64,000 nt of DNA from an uncultured Nitrososphaerota archaeon (GTDB lineage: Archaea; Thermoproteota; Nitrososphaeria; Nitrososphaerales; Gagatemarchaeaceae): assembly GCA_963703285.1 (NCBI GenBank), contig OY969807.1, positions 2,080,001 through 2,144,000 on the forward strand, given 5' to 3'. Of the stretch, positions 1 through 9,668 are shown in pieces. The notes under the pieces are model-generated. The model had not been told where the DNA came from, made no database searches, and saw nothing but the letters and a program-made list of their open reading frames with translations. The position numbers and the translations under genes are program-made. How positions within the stretch are numbered: position 1 is the stretch's first letter; each line of letters opens with the position of its first letter.

Positions 1-1048
1 CCGTGATGGCCCAGATGCCGGTGCTTGTCCCCGTGAATTCCTTCCCCTTCTCCCGGGAACCGTATGAGGTCCTCTCGTACAGGACCTCGCCGAAGCCATA
101 CTCTCCCTTCTCGGTCGTCTCGGTTATGCCAAACATCAGGTCCTTGAATTCTCTGATGTAGTCCATGTCGTCGTTAGTCGCGATGAAACCACCCTGGCCG
201 CCGCCGGCCATCATGGGGATGCCCAAGGGGTGGAAATCTCCGCAGGCGATCGTAGCACCATACTGAGATGGAGGGGCGAGGACGCCGAGCGATATCGGGT
301 CGGCGTACACGATGAACTCCGCCCTGCGCTCGCGTGCGATCTTGCCAATCTCCTCGGCCTCGCTCTCCAGGACGCCCAGGTAAGAGGGATTTTCTATGAG
401 AACCGCGGCTGTCTTTGACGTGACGCTAGCCCTCAGGGCTGCGAGGTCCACCAGCCCGGTTGCCGGGTCGAATGCGACCTCCTTGACCGAGATGTGGGGC
501 TTCAGGTAGTTCTTCAGGACCAGCTTTATCTCGGGGTTCAGTTGCCTCGGGATGACGACCTCGTTGCGCCCGGTCATGCGGGAGGCCATGCGAACGGAGG
601 TGGCGGCCGCCTGTGCGCCGTCGTAGAGCGGGCAGCTCAGGATGTCCATATCGAGGAGCTCACCCATCAGGCTGCAGTATTCGAACAGAGCCTGCCATTT
701 CCCGTGGTCTGCGTAGGACTCGCCGACGTACGCCGTGAGGAATTCCCCCCGCCCGTTGATCTCGTCGCACACCGCAGGGACGAAATGCTGCGCGCATCCC
801 GCCCCCAGGAAGTTGAGGTACTCCTCGCAGTTCTTGTTCTTCTCGAGCAGGCCCTCCACGTGCCTCTTTATCGCATACTCGCTGGTGATGGGTTGAGGCA
901 GCTTCAGCTTTCGCTTGAACCTCAGGCGTTCAGGTATCTCGACGTACAGGTCCATCACGTCTCGCGCACCGACCTCCTTCAGCATCTGCGCCTTGACCTC
1001 GGGTACCGAGTTTGGTATGTAGGGGAAAACCGTCCTTTCCTTCACCAT
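1..1048 (-). CDS. gcvPA: Glycine cleavage system P protein subunit 1 (3' end runs off the window)
   Basis: Manual translation from ATG 1048: MVKERTVFPYIPNSVPEVKAQMLKEVG...FLGAGCAQHFVPAVCDEINGRGEFLTAY...ALFEYCSLMGELLDMD...LYDGAQAAA, typical GcvPA motifs. Absent from the ORF track because it is truncated. Confidence 0.9.
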   Translation of the reverse strand, partial: MVKERTVFPYIPNSVPEVKAQMLKEVGARDVMDLYVEIPERLRFKRKLKLPQPITSEYAIKRHVEGLLEKNKNCEEYLNFLGAGCAQHFVPAVCDEINGRGEFLTAYVGESYADHGKWQALFEYCSLMGELLDMDILSCPLYDGAQAAATSVRMASRMTGRNEVVIPRQLNPEIKLVLKNYLKPHISVKEVAFDPATGLVDLAALRASVTSKTAAVLIENPSYLGVLESEAEEIGKIARERRAEFIVYADPISLGVLAPPSQYGATIACGDFHPLGIPMMAGGGQGGFIATNDDMDYIREFKDLMFGITETTEKGEYGFGEVLYERTSYGSREKGKEFTGTSTGIWAIT

Positions 1049-1215
1049 GCCCTTGGATTTGATTGTCGATATCTCATAACCCTTTCTAAGTAGGTCTCCG
1101 CAGGTCCTGACTCTCCGGTTAGCAAGGCGAACCACGATCGTGAGCAGTCCGTCGGACGGTCCATCCTGAGCGGGAAATCCCTTAAGTGTCGCCGTTTTTC
1201 GGACCCAATCTAGCG

Positions 1216-2772
1216 ATGAAGTGCAGCGAGGTGAGGGGGTTCCTTTCCGATATCTTCTTTCACAGGGAGCCCGCCCCCATCCCCCCGTTCGACCTGAACT
1301 ACCTTGTGGTCAACGGCTACGTCCAGAGCACCTCCCAGGAGGACCACGACAAGGTCGTCGCCGATGTCTCCAGGCTCACCCAGCTGACAGCCGACGTCGA
1401 CGCAGAGAGACCGGTAGAGGAGCAGGCGCTGGAGGCTCTCGCGAAGGACCAGGAGAAGGAGCACTCCTTCTTCTTCCACTTTCAGGGTAAGGACGAGAAG
1501 GATGCTCTCAGCCAGAGGATCCAGGAGGAGACGACGGCCGCCTCGGGCGAGAACGCCAAGCTAAGCTCTCTGGAGGCCAACGTGAACGCCCTGCTCCAGG
1601 AGACGAGCACCGTCGACCGGATGGTCGCCTACGGCGGAGCGTACCTCTCCCTCACCGGCGTCGGAAGCGTCGTCCTGAACGACCTGAGCGTCAGAGACTA
1701 CAGGGTCGCTGACGAGGAGTTCCCCGACTTCGTCGCCGAGACCATAGCCACCTACGCGGAGTTTCGCTCGATAGCGGACCGGGCCAGCTACTACGTCAAC
1801 CTGTTGCGGCCCCTGGCCCCGCTGATAACGGACCCCTCGACCGGGGCCGACCGCTCCCTGCCAGTGCTGTGGGGCACGGCCCTGGGTCTGGGCAAGCTGG
1901 AGGGCGACCCTTCCCAGATAGGAGAGAGAGTCACCCAGGCCCTCTCCGTCCTCCAGAGCTTCAAGTCCACCACCCCCAACAAGCTGATGGCCGCGGAGGT
2001 CATGACAGCTCTCAGCAACCAGGACATCGAGAGCCTCGGGACGGTCCTTAAGGACCTGGACCACCAGCTGAGGAGAAAGCACGTCCCGAAGGAGCTCTCG
2101 GCCGGGATTGCCGCCGCGTTGATGGCGGGGAGGCGATACGACGGTACCTATCCCATAGACACTTTCTTGGAGTTCAAGGCGGTGACCATGTCGTACGAGG
2201 CCGCGGCGGTGCTCGGGGTCATGAACCTGCCGTTCGTCGACCTTTGCGCCAAGTTCCAGTCGTTCAGGGAGCTCTTCAGCTCCTGGGGGTACACGGCGTC
2301 GGAGGACACCGAGATCGCATCTGCGTTCATGGCGATCGGCGAGCTGAGTGCGGGCGAGGTCGCGGACAAGCTCAAGTATGTGGTGCAGGAGCTGTCGAAC
2401 TACCTTGAGTATCCCTTGGTCGCAGGCGCGATACTGGCCTCGATACCCGTCTTCGAGGCCCACGAGGTCCTCGACCTCATGGAGAAGGCGGTCACCCTGC
2501 TGGAGCACTACATCTCAGGACTGGAGCAATCCGAGGTCGTCGCCCTGGCGGTCAGGATGATTCACGGGGTACGGAACGAGCTCGTCAAGCAGATCGACCC
2601 CACGGCAAAGATTGCCGAGACACCCGTCCAGTTCACCTACGGAGGTTATCCCGGCCTCTGGCTGTGGTACGTGCCCCTGATAGTATCCCACTCGGCCTAC
2701 GCCGCGACGTTCAGCGGGATGAGAGGATTCCATCCGGCTCACAGCCACGGCATCGGAGGCTTTGCGGGTTGA
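1216..2772 (+). CDS. Uncharacterised mostly helical protein (~520 aa) with N-terminal coiled coil and Gly/His-rich C-terminal tail
   Basis: Long ORF with host-like GC3 bias; no family motif recognised; ends SGMRGFHPAHSHGIGGFAG. Confidence 0.7.
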   Translation: MKCSEVRGFLSDIFFHREPAPIPPFDLNYLVVNGYVQSTSQEDHDKVVADVSRLTQLTADVDAERPVEEQALEALAKDQEKEHSFFFHFQGKDEKDALSQRIQEETTAASGENAKLSSLEANVNALLQETSTVDRMVAYGGAYLSLTGVGSVVLNDLSVRDYRVADEEFPDFVAETIATYAEFRSIADRASYYVNLLRPLAPLITDPSTGADRSLPVLWGTALGLGKLEGDPSQIGERVTQALSVLQSFKSTTPNKLMAAEVMTALSNQDIESLGTVLKDLDHQLRRKHVPKELSAGIAAALMAGRRYDGTYPIDTFLEFKAVTMSYEAAAVLGVMNLPFVDLCAKFQSFRELFSSWGYTASEDTEIASAFMAIGELSAGEVADKLKYVVQELSNYLEYPLVAGAILASIPVFEAHEVLDLMEKAVTLLEHYISGLEQSEVVALAVRMIHGVRNELVKQIDPTAKIAETPVQFTYGGYPGLWLWYVPLIVSHSAYAATFSGMRGFHPAHSHGIGGFAG

Positions 2773-3878
2773 AGCTCCAGGCGTTGGGGGGTCGCGGCGA
2801 AGGCGTCTGCGGAGCATTGCTGCTGGCGCTTCTGCTCTTGTCCGCGACCGCCGTGGGCGCGCTCCACGCCTCTGCCTACACTCCGCGGGCCGGCGACAGC
2901 TTCTCCTACTCCGAGACGATGACCGTGAACAACGGTGGAGGCTCCTACTCTGGCTACACCGACCAGACCCTGGTGACGGGGACGGAGAATATGAACGGTG
3001 TGAGCGGAGGGATCGTCTCATCCTCCTATGACTACTCCTACCAGTACTCGAGCAACCAGGGGAGCTCGACCTCGGGCTCCAGCTCGGGACCGTACATGTG
3101 GTCGGCGGACAACTTCACCTACGTGAACGGGACGGACGACCAGGTCGGGTATACTGCGCCGATTTACGTCTGGTTCGCCATGAACGCCTCGCTCCCGGTA
3201 GGAGGCACGTTCTACTCCCTGAACACGCAGTTCACCGTGCTCTCGAAGGACTACAGCTTCCACCTGCCCGCCCTGGACGAATATGTCCAGACGATCGAGA
3301 CCGAAGGGACAGGCCAGTACCAGCGCGACGACTCGTACGGCGTCTTCTCGGCGTCGTACACCTGGTTCGAGTACTTCGACCCCTCCACCGGGTACATCGT
3401 CGGCTACAACTACGTCGAGCAGGACAGCGGCCAGGGCGCTGCCGGAAGCTTCACCTACACCGACGACCTGTACGTGACGTCCACCAGCTATCCGCTGACC
3501 CAGACGAGCGCGCCTCCCACAACCTCGACCACAACGACCAGCGGCACGGGAGTGCCGACCCTCGATTATGTGGTCGTGGGGGCCATCTTGATTGTGATCT
3601 TGCTGGTGATTGCCTACGCGACAATGCGAAGAAGAGGCAGGAGAAGCTCTCTTCCGGAGCACCCTCCGTCACCACCGCCGACCCAGCCACCAGGCCCGCC
3701 ATCCGCTCAGCCACCCGCCCCGCCTGCAGCCCCATGGGGATCCGGGATCGACCTCGGCTCGAAGCCCCCCGAACAGGTCGTGATAAGGGAGGTCGCCATG
3801 GTCAACTGCAAGTTCTGCGGCGCGCTTATCCCGACCACGGCAGAGACCTGCCCGCGCTGCGGAGCTCCGAACAAGTAG
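2769..3878 (+). CDS. Secreted single-pass membrane protein with cytoplasmic Pro-rich linker and C-terminal zinc ribbon
   Basis: Signal peptide (ALLLALLLLSATAVGALHA), Ser/Thr/Tyr-rich ectodomain, TM helix followed by RRRGRR, poly-Pro, CKFC...CPRC. TTG start overlaps the upstream TGA (start inferred). Confidence 0.8.
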   Translation: MKLQALGGRGEGVCGALLLALLLLSATAVGALHASAYTPRAGDSFSYSETMTVNNGGGSYSGYTDQTLVTGTENMNGVSGGIVSSSYDYSYQYSSNQGSSTSGSSSGPYMWSADNFTYVNGTDDQVGYTAPIYVWFAMNASLPVGGTFYSLNTQFTVLSKDYSFHLPALDEYVQTIETEGTGQYQRDDSYGVFSASYTWFEYFDPSTGYIVGYNYVEQDSGQGAAGSFTYTDDLYVTSTSYPLTQTSAPPTTSTTTTSGTGVPTLDYVVVGAILIVILLVIAYATMRRRGRRSSLPEHPPSPPPTQPPGPPSAQPPAPPAAPWGSGIDLGSKPPEQVVIREVAMVNCKFCGALIPTTAETCPRCGAPNK

Positions 3879-3903
3879 GCGACGGCATGGTGGAGACCTA
3901 GCG

Positions 3904-5139
3904 TTGACGATCGGGGTCACCAAACCTGCGCCGATCAAGCTCAGGGGGATGCCCATCTCCCTCGATGTCTACGAGGGCGCCGGGACGGTAACCAACAAGC
4001 ACTTCAGCCGCTTCGAGATGCCGGAGTTCGAGAGGATATACCTCCCCGAGAGCGTGGGGCCCTTCACCGACGGAGCACCCCTAGGAACCAGGGAGCTCCT
4101 GATCGATGACAACAGGAGCGCCGTCAGCAGCCTTCCGTACATGGCGATCGACGGCACCGAATTCTACTTCTCGGTCAAAGGGATAGGCTCGACGACCAGC
4201 CCATTCAGCCGCCAGTCCTTCAGGAGGGAGGAGGTCTGCAGCCTCCTCAAGAACGACGCCATCAGGAAGAGGATCCTCAACTCCAGGGAGAGGGAGATGA
4301 AGTTCCCGAGGTACCTCACCGGGGAGCTGTGGTCGAGGGGGTGCCCCTACGGGTCGCAGGGCCTCGAGTTCGCCACCATCGCGATGAAGGCGGCAGAGAT
4401 GTCCGGTGCCGGCGCCACGTCGATTCACGGGTTCAGGATAGCCCCCCTGGTGAAGATAGTGAAGCTGCCGAAGGCCCTCCAGGACGCGGTCACCCAGGTG
4501 TACTGGTACCGGAGGTTCAAGCAGGTGATGGTCCAGGAAGCCAGGCTCATCCCGTCCAACGTCAGGATCTACTTCCACTCGGACTGGACCATCGGGGACG
4601 ACACCGGGGAACTCTTCGACTACTTCGGGATAGACAGCGACGAGAAGGCGATGGGTTTCCTGAGGAACTTCGTCAAGAGCGGGATCGCGGTCCTAACGCT
4701 CTTCGTCAGGACCATCAGCGACAACGCCAACGGCACCTACAGCGGGCTGGACTTCTACGACGTCTGGCTCGACAAGGACGCGGTCCTGGCCCCGGACGGC
4801 ACCATCTTCTGGGCCGACCTCGAAGGCCTTCAGGCGATAACCGTCGGGGGGACCGACAGGAAGGAGCTCGAGTTCAACATCGAGGAGACCATGGAGCACC
4901 AGATATACAGGTCGCTCTACGAATTCATGTACGCCTACGAGCAGATAGACAGGGAGCGCATCAAGAGGTTCGGGCATCCGGCCGACCGCAAGACACAGTT
5001 CGAGTACATCCTCAGGGAGGCCGTGAAGGACGATGAGGTCATCGACCTACGTCGCAGGCCCGACAGCCTTGAGCTCGTCATAGGCAACATACTCGGGGAG
5101 CCAAGGCTGACCAAGGAGTTCACAATCCTGGACTGGTGA
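3904..5139 (+). CDS. SelO/YdiU-like protein-kinase-fold protein (putative)
   Basis: DDNRSA...DGTEFYFSVKGIG...SPFSR, RLIPSNVRI and DKDAVLAPDGTIFWADLE resemble SelO motifs GDGR...LKGAGxTPYSR, RVAPSHLRF and the catalytic-loop/DYG region. Confidence 0.55.
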   Translation: MTIGVTKPAPIKLRGMPISLDVYEGAGTVTNKHFSRFEMPEFERIYLPESVGPFTDGAPLGTRELLIDDNRSAVSSLPYMAIDGTEFYFSVKGIGSTTSPFSRQSFRREEVCSLLKNDAIRKRILNSREREMKFPRYLTGELWSRGCPYGSQGLEFATIAMKAAEMSGAGATSIHGFRIAPLVKIVKLPKALQDAVTQVYWYRRFKQVMVQEARLIPSNVRIYFHSDWTIGDDTGELFDYFGIDSDEKAMGFLRNFVKSGIAVLTLFVRTISDNANGTYSGLDFYDVWLDKDAVLAPDGTIFWADLEGLQAITVGGTDRKELEFNIEETMEHQIYRSLYEFMYAYEQIDRERIKRFGHPADRKTQFEYILREAVKDDEVIDLRRRPDSLELVIGNILGEPRLTKEFTILDW

Positions 5140-5185
5140 TGATGGAACTGCACAGACGTGAATCGGAGAGCGTGGCGCGAGGCCC

Positions 5186-5953
5186 ATGAGCGAGGGAATT
5201 CGGGTATCGAAGGTCAGGACCATAGACGAGCAGCTCGCCGACCTGCCGAGGGGGCTGTCGTTCTTCGACCCGATCATCCGCCACGAGGTCAAGGAGGCTA
5301 TCGAGGCGGGGGGTGAGGTCTTCCTCTCCAACGACCCCGAAGGGCACGTGAAAGGCCTCTTCATCTACGACGGGTCCGAGGCGACCGGGACCATCTTCAC
5401 GAGGTCCAGGGAGGTCTTCGACCTCTTCTACAGCATGAAGCCCTCCAGCTACATCTTCTCGGAGCTCGAGGCAGCAGAGCTCCCCAGGGAGGTGTGGAAC
5501 ATCTGGCAGCTGGACGTCGACAAGGCTCCCTCGGAGCACAGGTTCAAGTTCCACGTCAGCATGGAGAGCGACGCCGCCGAACTGGAACGCTTCATGGCGG
5601 CCACTCAGCCCGAGACGAACAAGAAGTGGGTGAGGGTCGCCCTCAGCAACGGGGACAGGTGTTTCGTCGTTAAGATAGCGGACAGGATCGTGGCGGTGGC
5701 GTGGATGTCAGTCGTCGATGGGGTGGCGAGGTCCCACGGCCTCTACGTCCTGCCGCAGTTCCGTAGGAGGGGGATAATGAGGGACAACTTCCAGGCCCGG
5801 CTCATCTATCTGAAGTCGAGACACGTCCACACCCTGATCAACGAGATAGCCGAGTCCAACCTAGCATCTTCGGGCCTTGCCGCGGAGGAGGGGGAGACCA
5901 TCGTGGGTAAGGTCTTCCTTTACACAAGCCCCGCTCCCACCAAACCAGAGTGA
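5186..5953 (+). CDS. GNAT family N-acetyltransferase
   Basis: Acetyl-CoA motif A LYVLPQFRRRGIM and motif B ESNLASS in the C-terminal domain. Confidence 0.8.
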   Translation: MSEGIRVSKVRTIDEQLADLPRGLSFFDPIIRHEVKEAIEAGGEVFLSNDPEGHVKGLFIYDGSEATGTIFTRSREVFDLFYSMKPSSYIFSELEAAELPREVWNIWQLDVDKAPSEHRFKFHVSMESDAAELERFMAATQPETNKKWVRVALSNGDRCFVVKIADRIVAVAWMSVVDGVARSHGLYVLPQFRRRGIMRDNFQARLIYLKSRHVHTLINEIAESNLASSGLAAEEGETIVGKVFLYTSPAPTKPE

Positions 5954-6168
5954 CGGGCTCGCCCGCCGAACGGAGAGATGAACGCAGCACGTCGAGCTGC
6001 TCAAGACTCCCCTTCTCGACCGGCTTCAGCGCCAGCCCGGCCTCATCCGGCAGAGGGGGCAGCGAGCCAGCCGGAGACACTGGGGACTGGCCGAGGCTCC
6101 CGACTCCTGAGAACGGGGGCCTTGAACAAAGTTCGATAGCCGGATAACCTCCCGCACTAAGCAAAGGC

Positions 6169-6432
6169 ATGCGTCATGCAGGCTCCGTCGCGGCGGGCGT
6201 GATCATCCTCCTCCTCCTCATCGCGTTCTTCCTCGTCCCTCTGGTCTCGTACACATTCTCGTCTGTGAACTTCGGCGGCTACTCCGGCAGGGTCTCGGCC
6301 CAGGTCTCCCCGTCCTTCTACGCCCTCGGATGCGGCATAGTGTACAACCCGACCGAGAGCGGCTCGGTGGCCGGCGTCACCGTCAGCCACCAGATCTACT
6401 CGGGCGGCGAGTGGAAGTGCAAGAACGGCTAG
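6169..6432 (+). CDS. Small membrane-anchored/secreted protein
   Basis: N-terminal hydrophobic helix, then Ser/Gly/Tyr-rich region with two Cys. Confidence 0.6.
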   Translation: MRHAGSVAAGVIILLLLIAFFLVPLVSYTFSSVNFGGYSGRVSAQVSPSFYALGCGIVYNPTESGSVAGVTVSHQIYSGGEWKCKNG

Positions 6433-6532
6433 GCCAGGCGTCCCGTCCCCAGGACCCACCAAAGGCGTTCGGGGGAACCGAAATATAGAGGCATCTCCCG
6501 CCTTCGAAGGAGCACAGGAGAAGAGAGAAAAA

Positions 6533-7144
6533 ATGGCGGCCGGGAACGGCGACTACGTCTCTATCATAGTGCTAGCCTTGGGCCGTTCCGTGAGGTCCGG
6601 ACGGAACGCGATGCTCGAGGTCATCGGAGAGAGGACTATGATAGGCCACGTCGTCTACGAGTGCCAGACGTCGAAGGCCAAGCAGGTCATCGTCGTAGTG
6701 GGCCCGGACGCCGAAGAGGTCAGGTCCGCGCTGAAGGACTACCAGTGCGAGGTCGTCTTGGACGAGAGCTTCGAGAAGGGGCAGAGCAGCTCCATCAGGA
6801 AGGGACTCTCGCTCGTGAAGGCGAACGCCGATGCCGTGATGCTCATCCCGGGGGACATCTCGCTCGTCGACCGCACCAGGATCAACACCCTGATCCGCAA
6901 GTACTCTACCTGCTACGCCCCCATCGTAAGCAAGGGCTACCTCGGCAACGCCCTCCGCCCCATCCTCTTCGACAAGAACCTTCTCGGCGAGCTGGGGAAC
7001 CTGAGCGACGAGACGGGGGGCCTCAGGACCCTCGTCGCGAAGTACAGGTCGAACAGCCAGTTCGTCAAGAGGTCGGAGGCGTCGCTCCTCCGCAGGGAGG
7101 CGGACAGGCTCAAGACACGGCTTGGCTTCTCCAAGCGCTCGTGA
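6533..7144 (+). CDS. MocA/MobA-like nucleotidyltransferase, degenerate
   Basis: IIVLALGRSVRSGRNAML (cf. LAAGxSxRMGxxK), GQSSSIRKGL, PGD, PILF; TATA-like AAATATAG upstream. Confidence 0.75.
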   Translation: MAAGNGDYVSIIVLALGRSVRSGRNAMLEVIGERTMIGHVVYECQTSKAKQVIVVVGPDAEEVRSALKDYQCEVVLDESFEKGQSSSIRKGLSLVKANADAVMLIPGDISLVDRTRINTLIRKYSTCYAPIVSKGYLGNALRPILFDKNLLGELGNLSDETGGLRTLVAKYRSNSQFVKRSEASLLRREADRLKTRLGFSKRS

Positions 7145-7156
7145 GCCCTCACCCGG

Positions 7157-8050
7157 TCAGTGCTTGGCTTCGTGCTTCTCGATCGGAGGGGAGACCGGGA
7201 TCCGCAACCCTGCCTGCTTCGCAGCGAACGTGTTCGCCAGATATATGCCCACGAAGATGAGGCCGACTCCGCCCAGCTCGAAGTCGCTCGGGATCGCGCG
7301 GGAGAAAAGCGCCGAGATGGCCAGGGTTATCACCGGCGCGGCGAACGCGAGCGTGGTGATCCTCGATACCCTCTCCTTCCTCAGCAGGGAGATCCAGAGG
7401 TACGCGTTGAACGCGCCCGCCACGAACGCCATGTAGGCCACGTCGACCGCTAGGTCGTAGGAGAATCTGAACTCGAACCCCGGCAGGAGCAGCGCCCAGT
7501 AGGCGACCGTGCTGAAGAGGGACGCCGTTGTCACGGTTCGCACGGGGTCGCGCGCCCCGAGCCGCTTGCTGTAGACCGAGAAGAGCGCCCAGAAGAACCC
7601 GTTCGAGAGGCAGAGGGCCGTCCCGATCAGGGTGAACCCGGAGGAGAGGAACGGGAGGTTGAAGACCGCCACCCCGGCGAAGCCGACGGTCGCGCCTGCC
7701 ACCTCCACCCTGGAGTTCCCCTCCCTGAGCAGCAGCATGGAGAGCGGGACCGAGAAGAGGGGCATCGTGAACGCCAGCACGGCGGAAACGGGCGGCGAGA
7801 CGTAGCTCAACCCGAGGACCCAGAGCGCGCCGCTCAGCCAGAAAAAGAGCGAGAAGACGAGGGTCGCCCTGTCGAGGTCAACCTTGAACCGGGTGACGGC
7901 GAGCAGGGTCAGGGTCATGAACAGGTAGACGACGGCCTGGAACGCGATCGGCGAAGCGTAGGCCAGCCCGTCCTTGACGAAGAAAAACTGGAATGCGAGG
8001 ATGAGGATGCAGAGGATGATGTTCCTTGTCTGTGTCAAAACGCCGGTCAC
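7157..8050 (-). CDS. EamA/DMT family transporter
   Basis: About 10 TM helices in two repeats; FTMPLFSVPLSMLLLRE motif. Confidence 0.85.
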   Translation of the reverse strand: MTGVLTQTRNIILCILILAFQFFFVKDGLAYASPIAFQAVVYLFMTLTLLAVTRFKVDLDRATLVFSLFFWLSGALWVLGLSYVSPPVSAVLAFTMPLFSVPLSMLLLREGNSRVEVAGATVGFAGVAVFNLPFLSSGFTLIGTALCLSNGFFWALFSVYSKRLGARDPVRTVTTASLFSTVAYWALLLPGFEFRFSYDLAVDVAYMAFVAGAFNAYLWISLLRKERVSRITTLAFAAPVITLAISALFSRAIPSDFELGGVGLIFVGIYLANTFAAKQAGLRIPVSPPIEKHEAKH

Positions 8051-8149
8051 CCCATAACTTCAGGCGCATATAATCACCACTCGAGAATTTAGCGTTCGTC
8101 CGGCGATGCGCCACCCCCCCGGGCGAGTTGCGCCACAGCTCGGGCGGGC

Positions 8150-8473
8150 CTACTTCCATCTGGCGAGCGTCTCAGCGGCGTAGTGGCCCCTGAGGAACTC
8201 GATGGACTCGCAGAAACCTGCGACCCCGGCGGATTGAAGCGGTCCTATCGCCTGCAGCTTCCTCTCCATCCGCCGTATCACGCTCGCCCTCCGATTCCCC
8301 AGCAGCGTCTCCAGGACCGAGAGGTATGTTCGCGGATCCTCCAGCGCCACCCGGGTGTCCAAGCAGACCCTCGTCGCCAGCGCTATCGTCTGGCCCAGCA
8401 TCTCCCTGAGCGATTCCTCGATTGCGTCCTGGAGCAGGCGGTCGAACCTGCCGTCTCCACGACGGGACTCCAC
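8150..8473 (-). CDS. Hypothetical protein
   Basis: 107 aa helical ORF (LLQDAIEESLREMLG); no motif recognised. Confidence 0.45.
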   Translation of the reverse strand: MESRRGDGRFDRLLQDAIEESLREMLGQTIALATRVCLDTRVALEDPRTYLSVLETLLGNRRASVIRRMERKLQAIGPLQSAGVAGFCESIEFLRGHYAAETLARWK

Positions 8474-8547
8474 GGCCCTTCCCGGGGTCCGCCAGTCCCT
8501 TTGGGTCCCCCTCGTGGCCAGGGTCTGGTTCGCCCTTCCTCCGGCCT

Positions 8548-8817
8548 TCAGTCCAGCGAGGTCGTCTTGACGGTGGAAGGTGTCTGAAGGTGCAGCATCC
8601 TCGAGACGGCGCTCAACAACAGGCTCCTGTCGCCCTGAGTCAGGCGGGAGTCAATCCTCACCTGGCGTTCAATGTCGCCGATCGACACGAGGCTTGTGGT
8701 CTGCCGAAGGGCGTGCTCGTAGCCGAGCCTCTTCACAACCGATATCTCCTCCCTCAGGTCGCGGTCGAGCATCCGCATCAGCTCTCGCTTCTGCAGCGGT
8801 GAGATCATCCAATTCAC
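8548..8817 (-). CDS. Hypothetical protein
   Basis: 89 aa ORF with a TATATA element about 25-30 nt upstream. Confidence 0.5.
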   Translation of the reverse strand: MNWMISPLQKRELMRMLDRDLREEISVVKRLGYEHALRQTTSLVSIGDIERQVRIDSRLTQGDRSLLLSAVSRMLHLQTPSTVKTTSLD

Positions 8818-8855
8818 GACCTCTTCTTCGCACAGGAGCCTATATACCGGATTTC

Positions 8856-8942
8856 CGAGATTGTTCTAGAATTGTTAGAGAATCTCGTCCCAATCTCGTT
8901 CGCCCCGCCCTGTGACAGGTCCGCCCCCTCCCCCAACGAGAT
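8856..8942. promoter_or_regulatory. Cluster of four CGAGAT(T) motifs in a divergent promoter region
   Basis: CGAGATT 8856-8862, AATCTCG 8881-8887 and 8892-8898, AACGAGAT 8935-8942. Confidence 0.4.
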
Positions 8943-9026
8943 ACTTGAACCTCGCACCTCGTCGCGAACCGTGGCGTCGTCAAGATTGAGACATTTTTAT
9001 ATAGTCACCCACCGAAAATATAACAT

Positions 9027-9668
9027 ATGAAAATTAATCCCGCTTTGACGATAGCGCAAACGCTGGACCCGAAGCCCCTCAATCACATCAGCGAGCTTTA
9101 CGGCCGAGCACGGTCCAGGGCCACGGCCTACAGGATTATGAATTCGCTCGAGCGACTCGGCTTCCTAGAGAGGAAGGGAGGCGGGTACTTCACAGTGAGG
9201 GACTCCCTCTTTCAGCCCTATCACGTCTGGGAGCATCTCGTCCCCTCGCTGCAGTCGCTGAGTCAGGTGAGATACTTCGGAAAGACGTACAAGAGGAGCG
9301 ACGCAACGCTGGCGTCCGAGCTGCTCAAGGGGATGGTGACGCTGGACTACCGCGCCTACGAGCTGACGCGCCTCCAGACTCCGGGCCGTCTGTTCATCTA
9401 TGTCGACGACCTCGACAAGGCAGCTGCCCGACTTACCGCGGCCGGTTTCTCGGAGGGAGAGAAGGGCAAGGTCGCGATCCTGCCGGCGCTGGGGGACTTC
9501 GAGAACGAGATTCAGCGGGTGTATCTCGACTGCCTGGCGTTCGGCGGCCGGAGCTCCCTAGACGCGATAGCGATCGAGCTCAAACACGGCAACAGGCTGG
9601 CGAAGAGGGGTGCGTTCCCGGCCCACCTGGTGGCGAAGGTGTCCGAGGACCTCGCGGAATCGTCCTGA
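9027..9668 (+). CDS. Winged-helix DNA-binding protein (AbiEi-like architecture)
   Basis: SRATAYRIMNSLERLGFLERKGGGYF wHTH; TTTTATATA box about 30 nt upstream. Confidence 0.6.
   Translation: MKINPALTIAQTLDPKPLNHISELYGRARSRATAYRIMNSLERLGFLERKGGGYFTVRDSLFQPYHVWEHLVPSLQSLSQVRYFGKTYKRSDATLASELLKGMVTLDYRAYELTRLQTPGRLFIYVDDLDKAAARLTAAGFSEGEKGKVAILPALGDFENEIQRVYLDCLAFGGRSSLDAIAIELKHGNRLAKRGAFPAHLVAKVSEDLAESS

Noticed and set aside
230-1093. Plus-strand ORFs of 62 and 199 aa
   Set aside because: Antisense shadows of gcvPA. The same applies to most overlapping Arg/Pro/Gly-rich track ORFs in this high-GC window.
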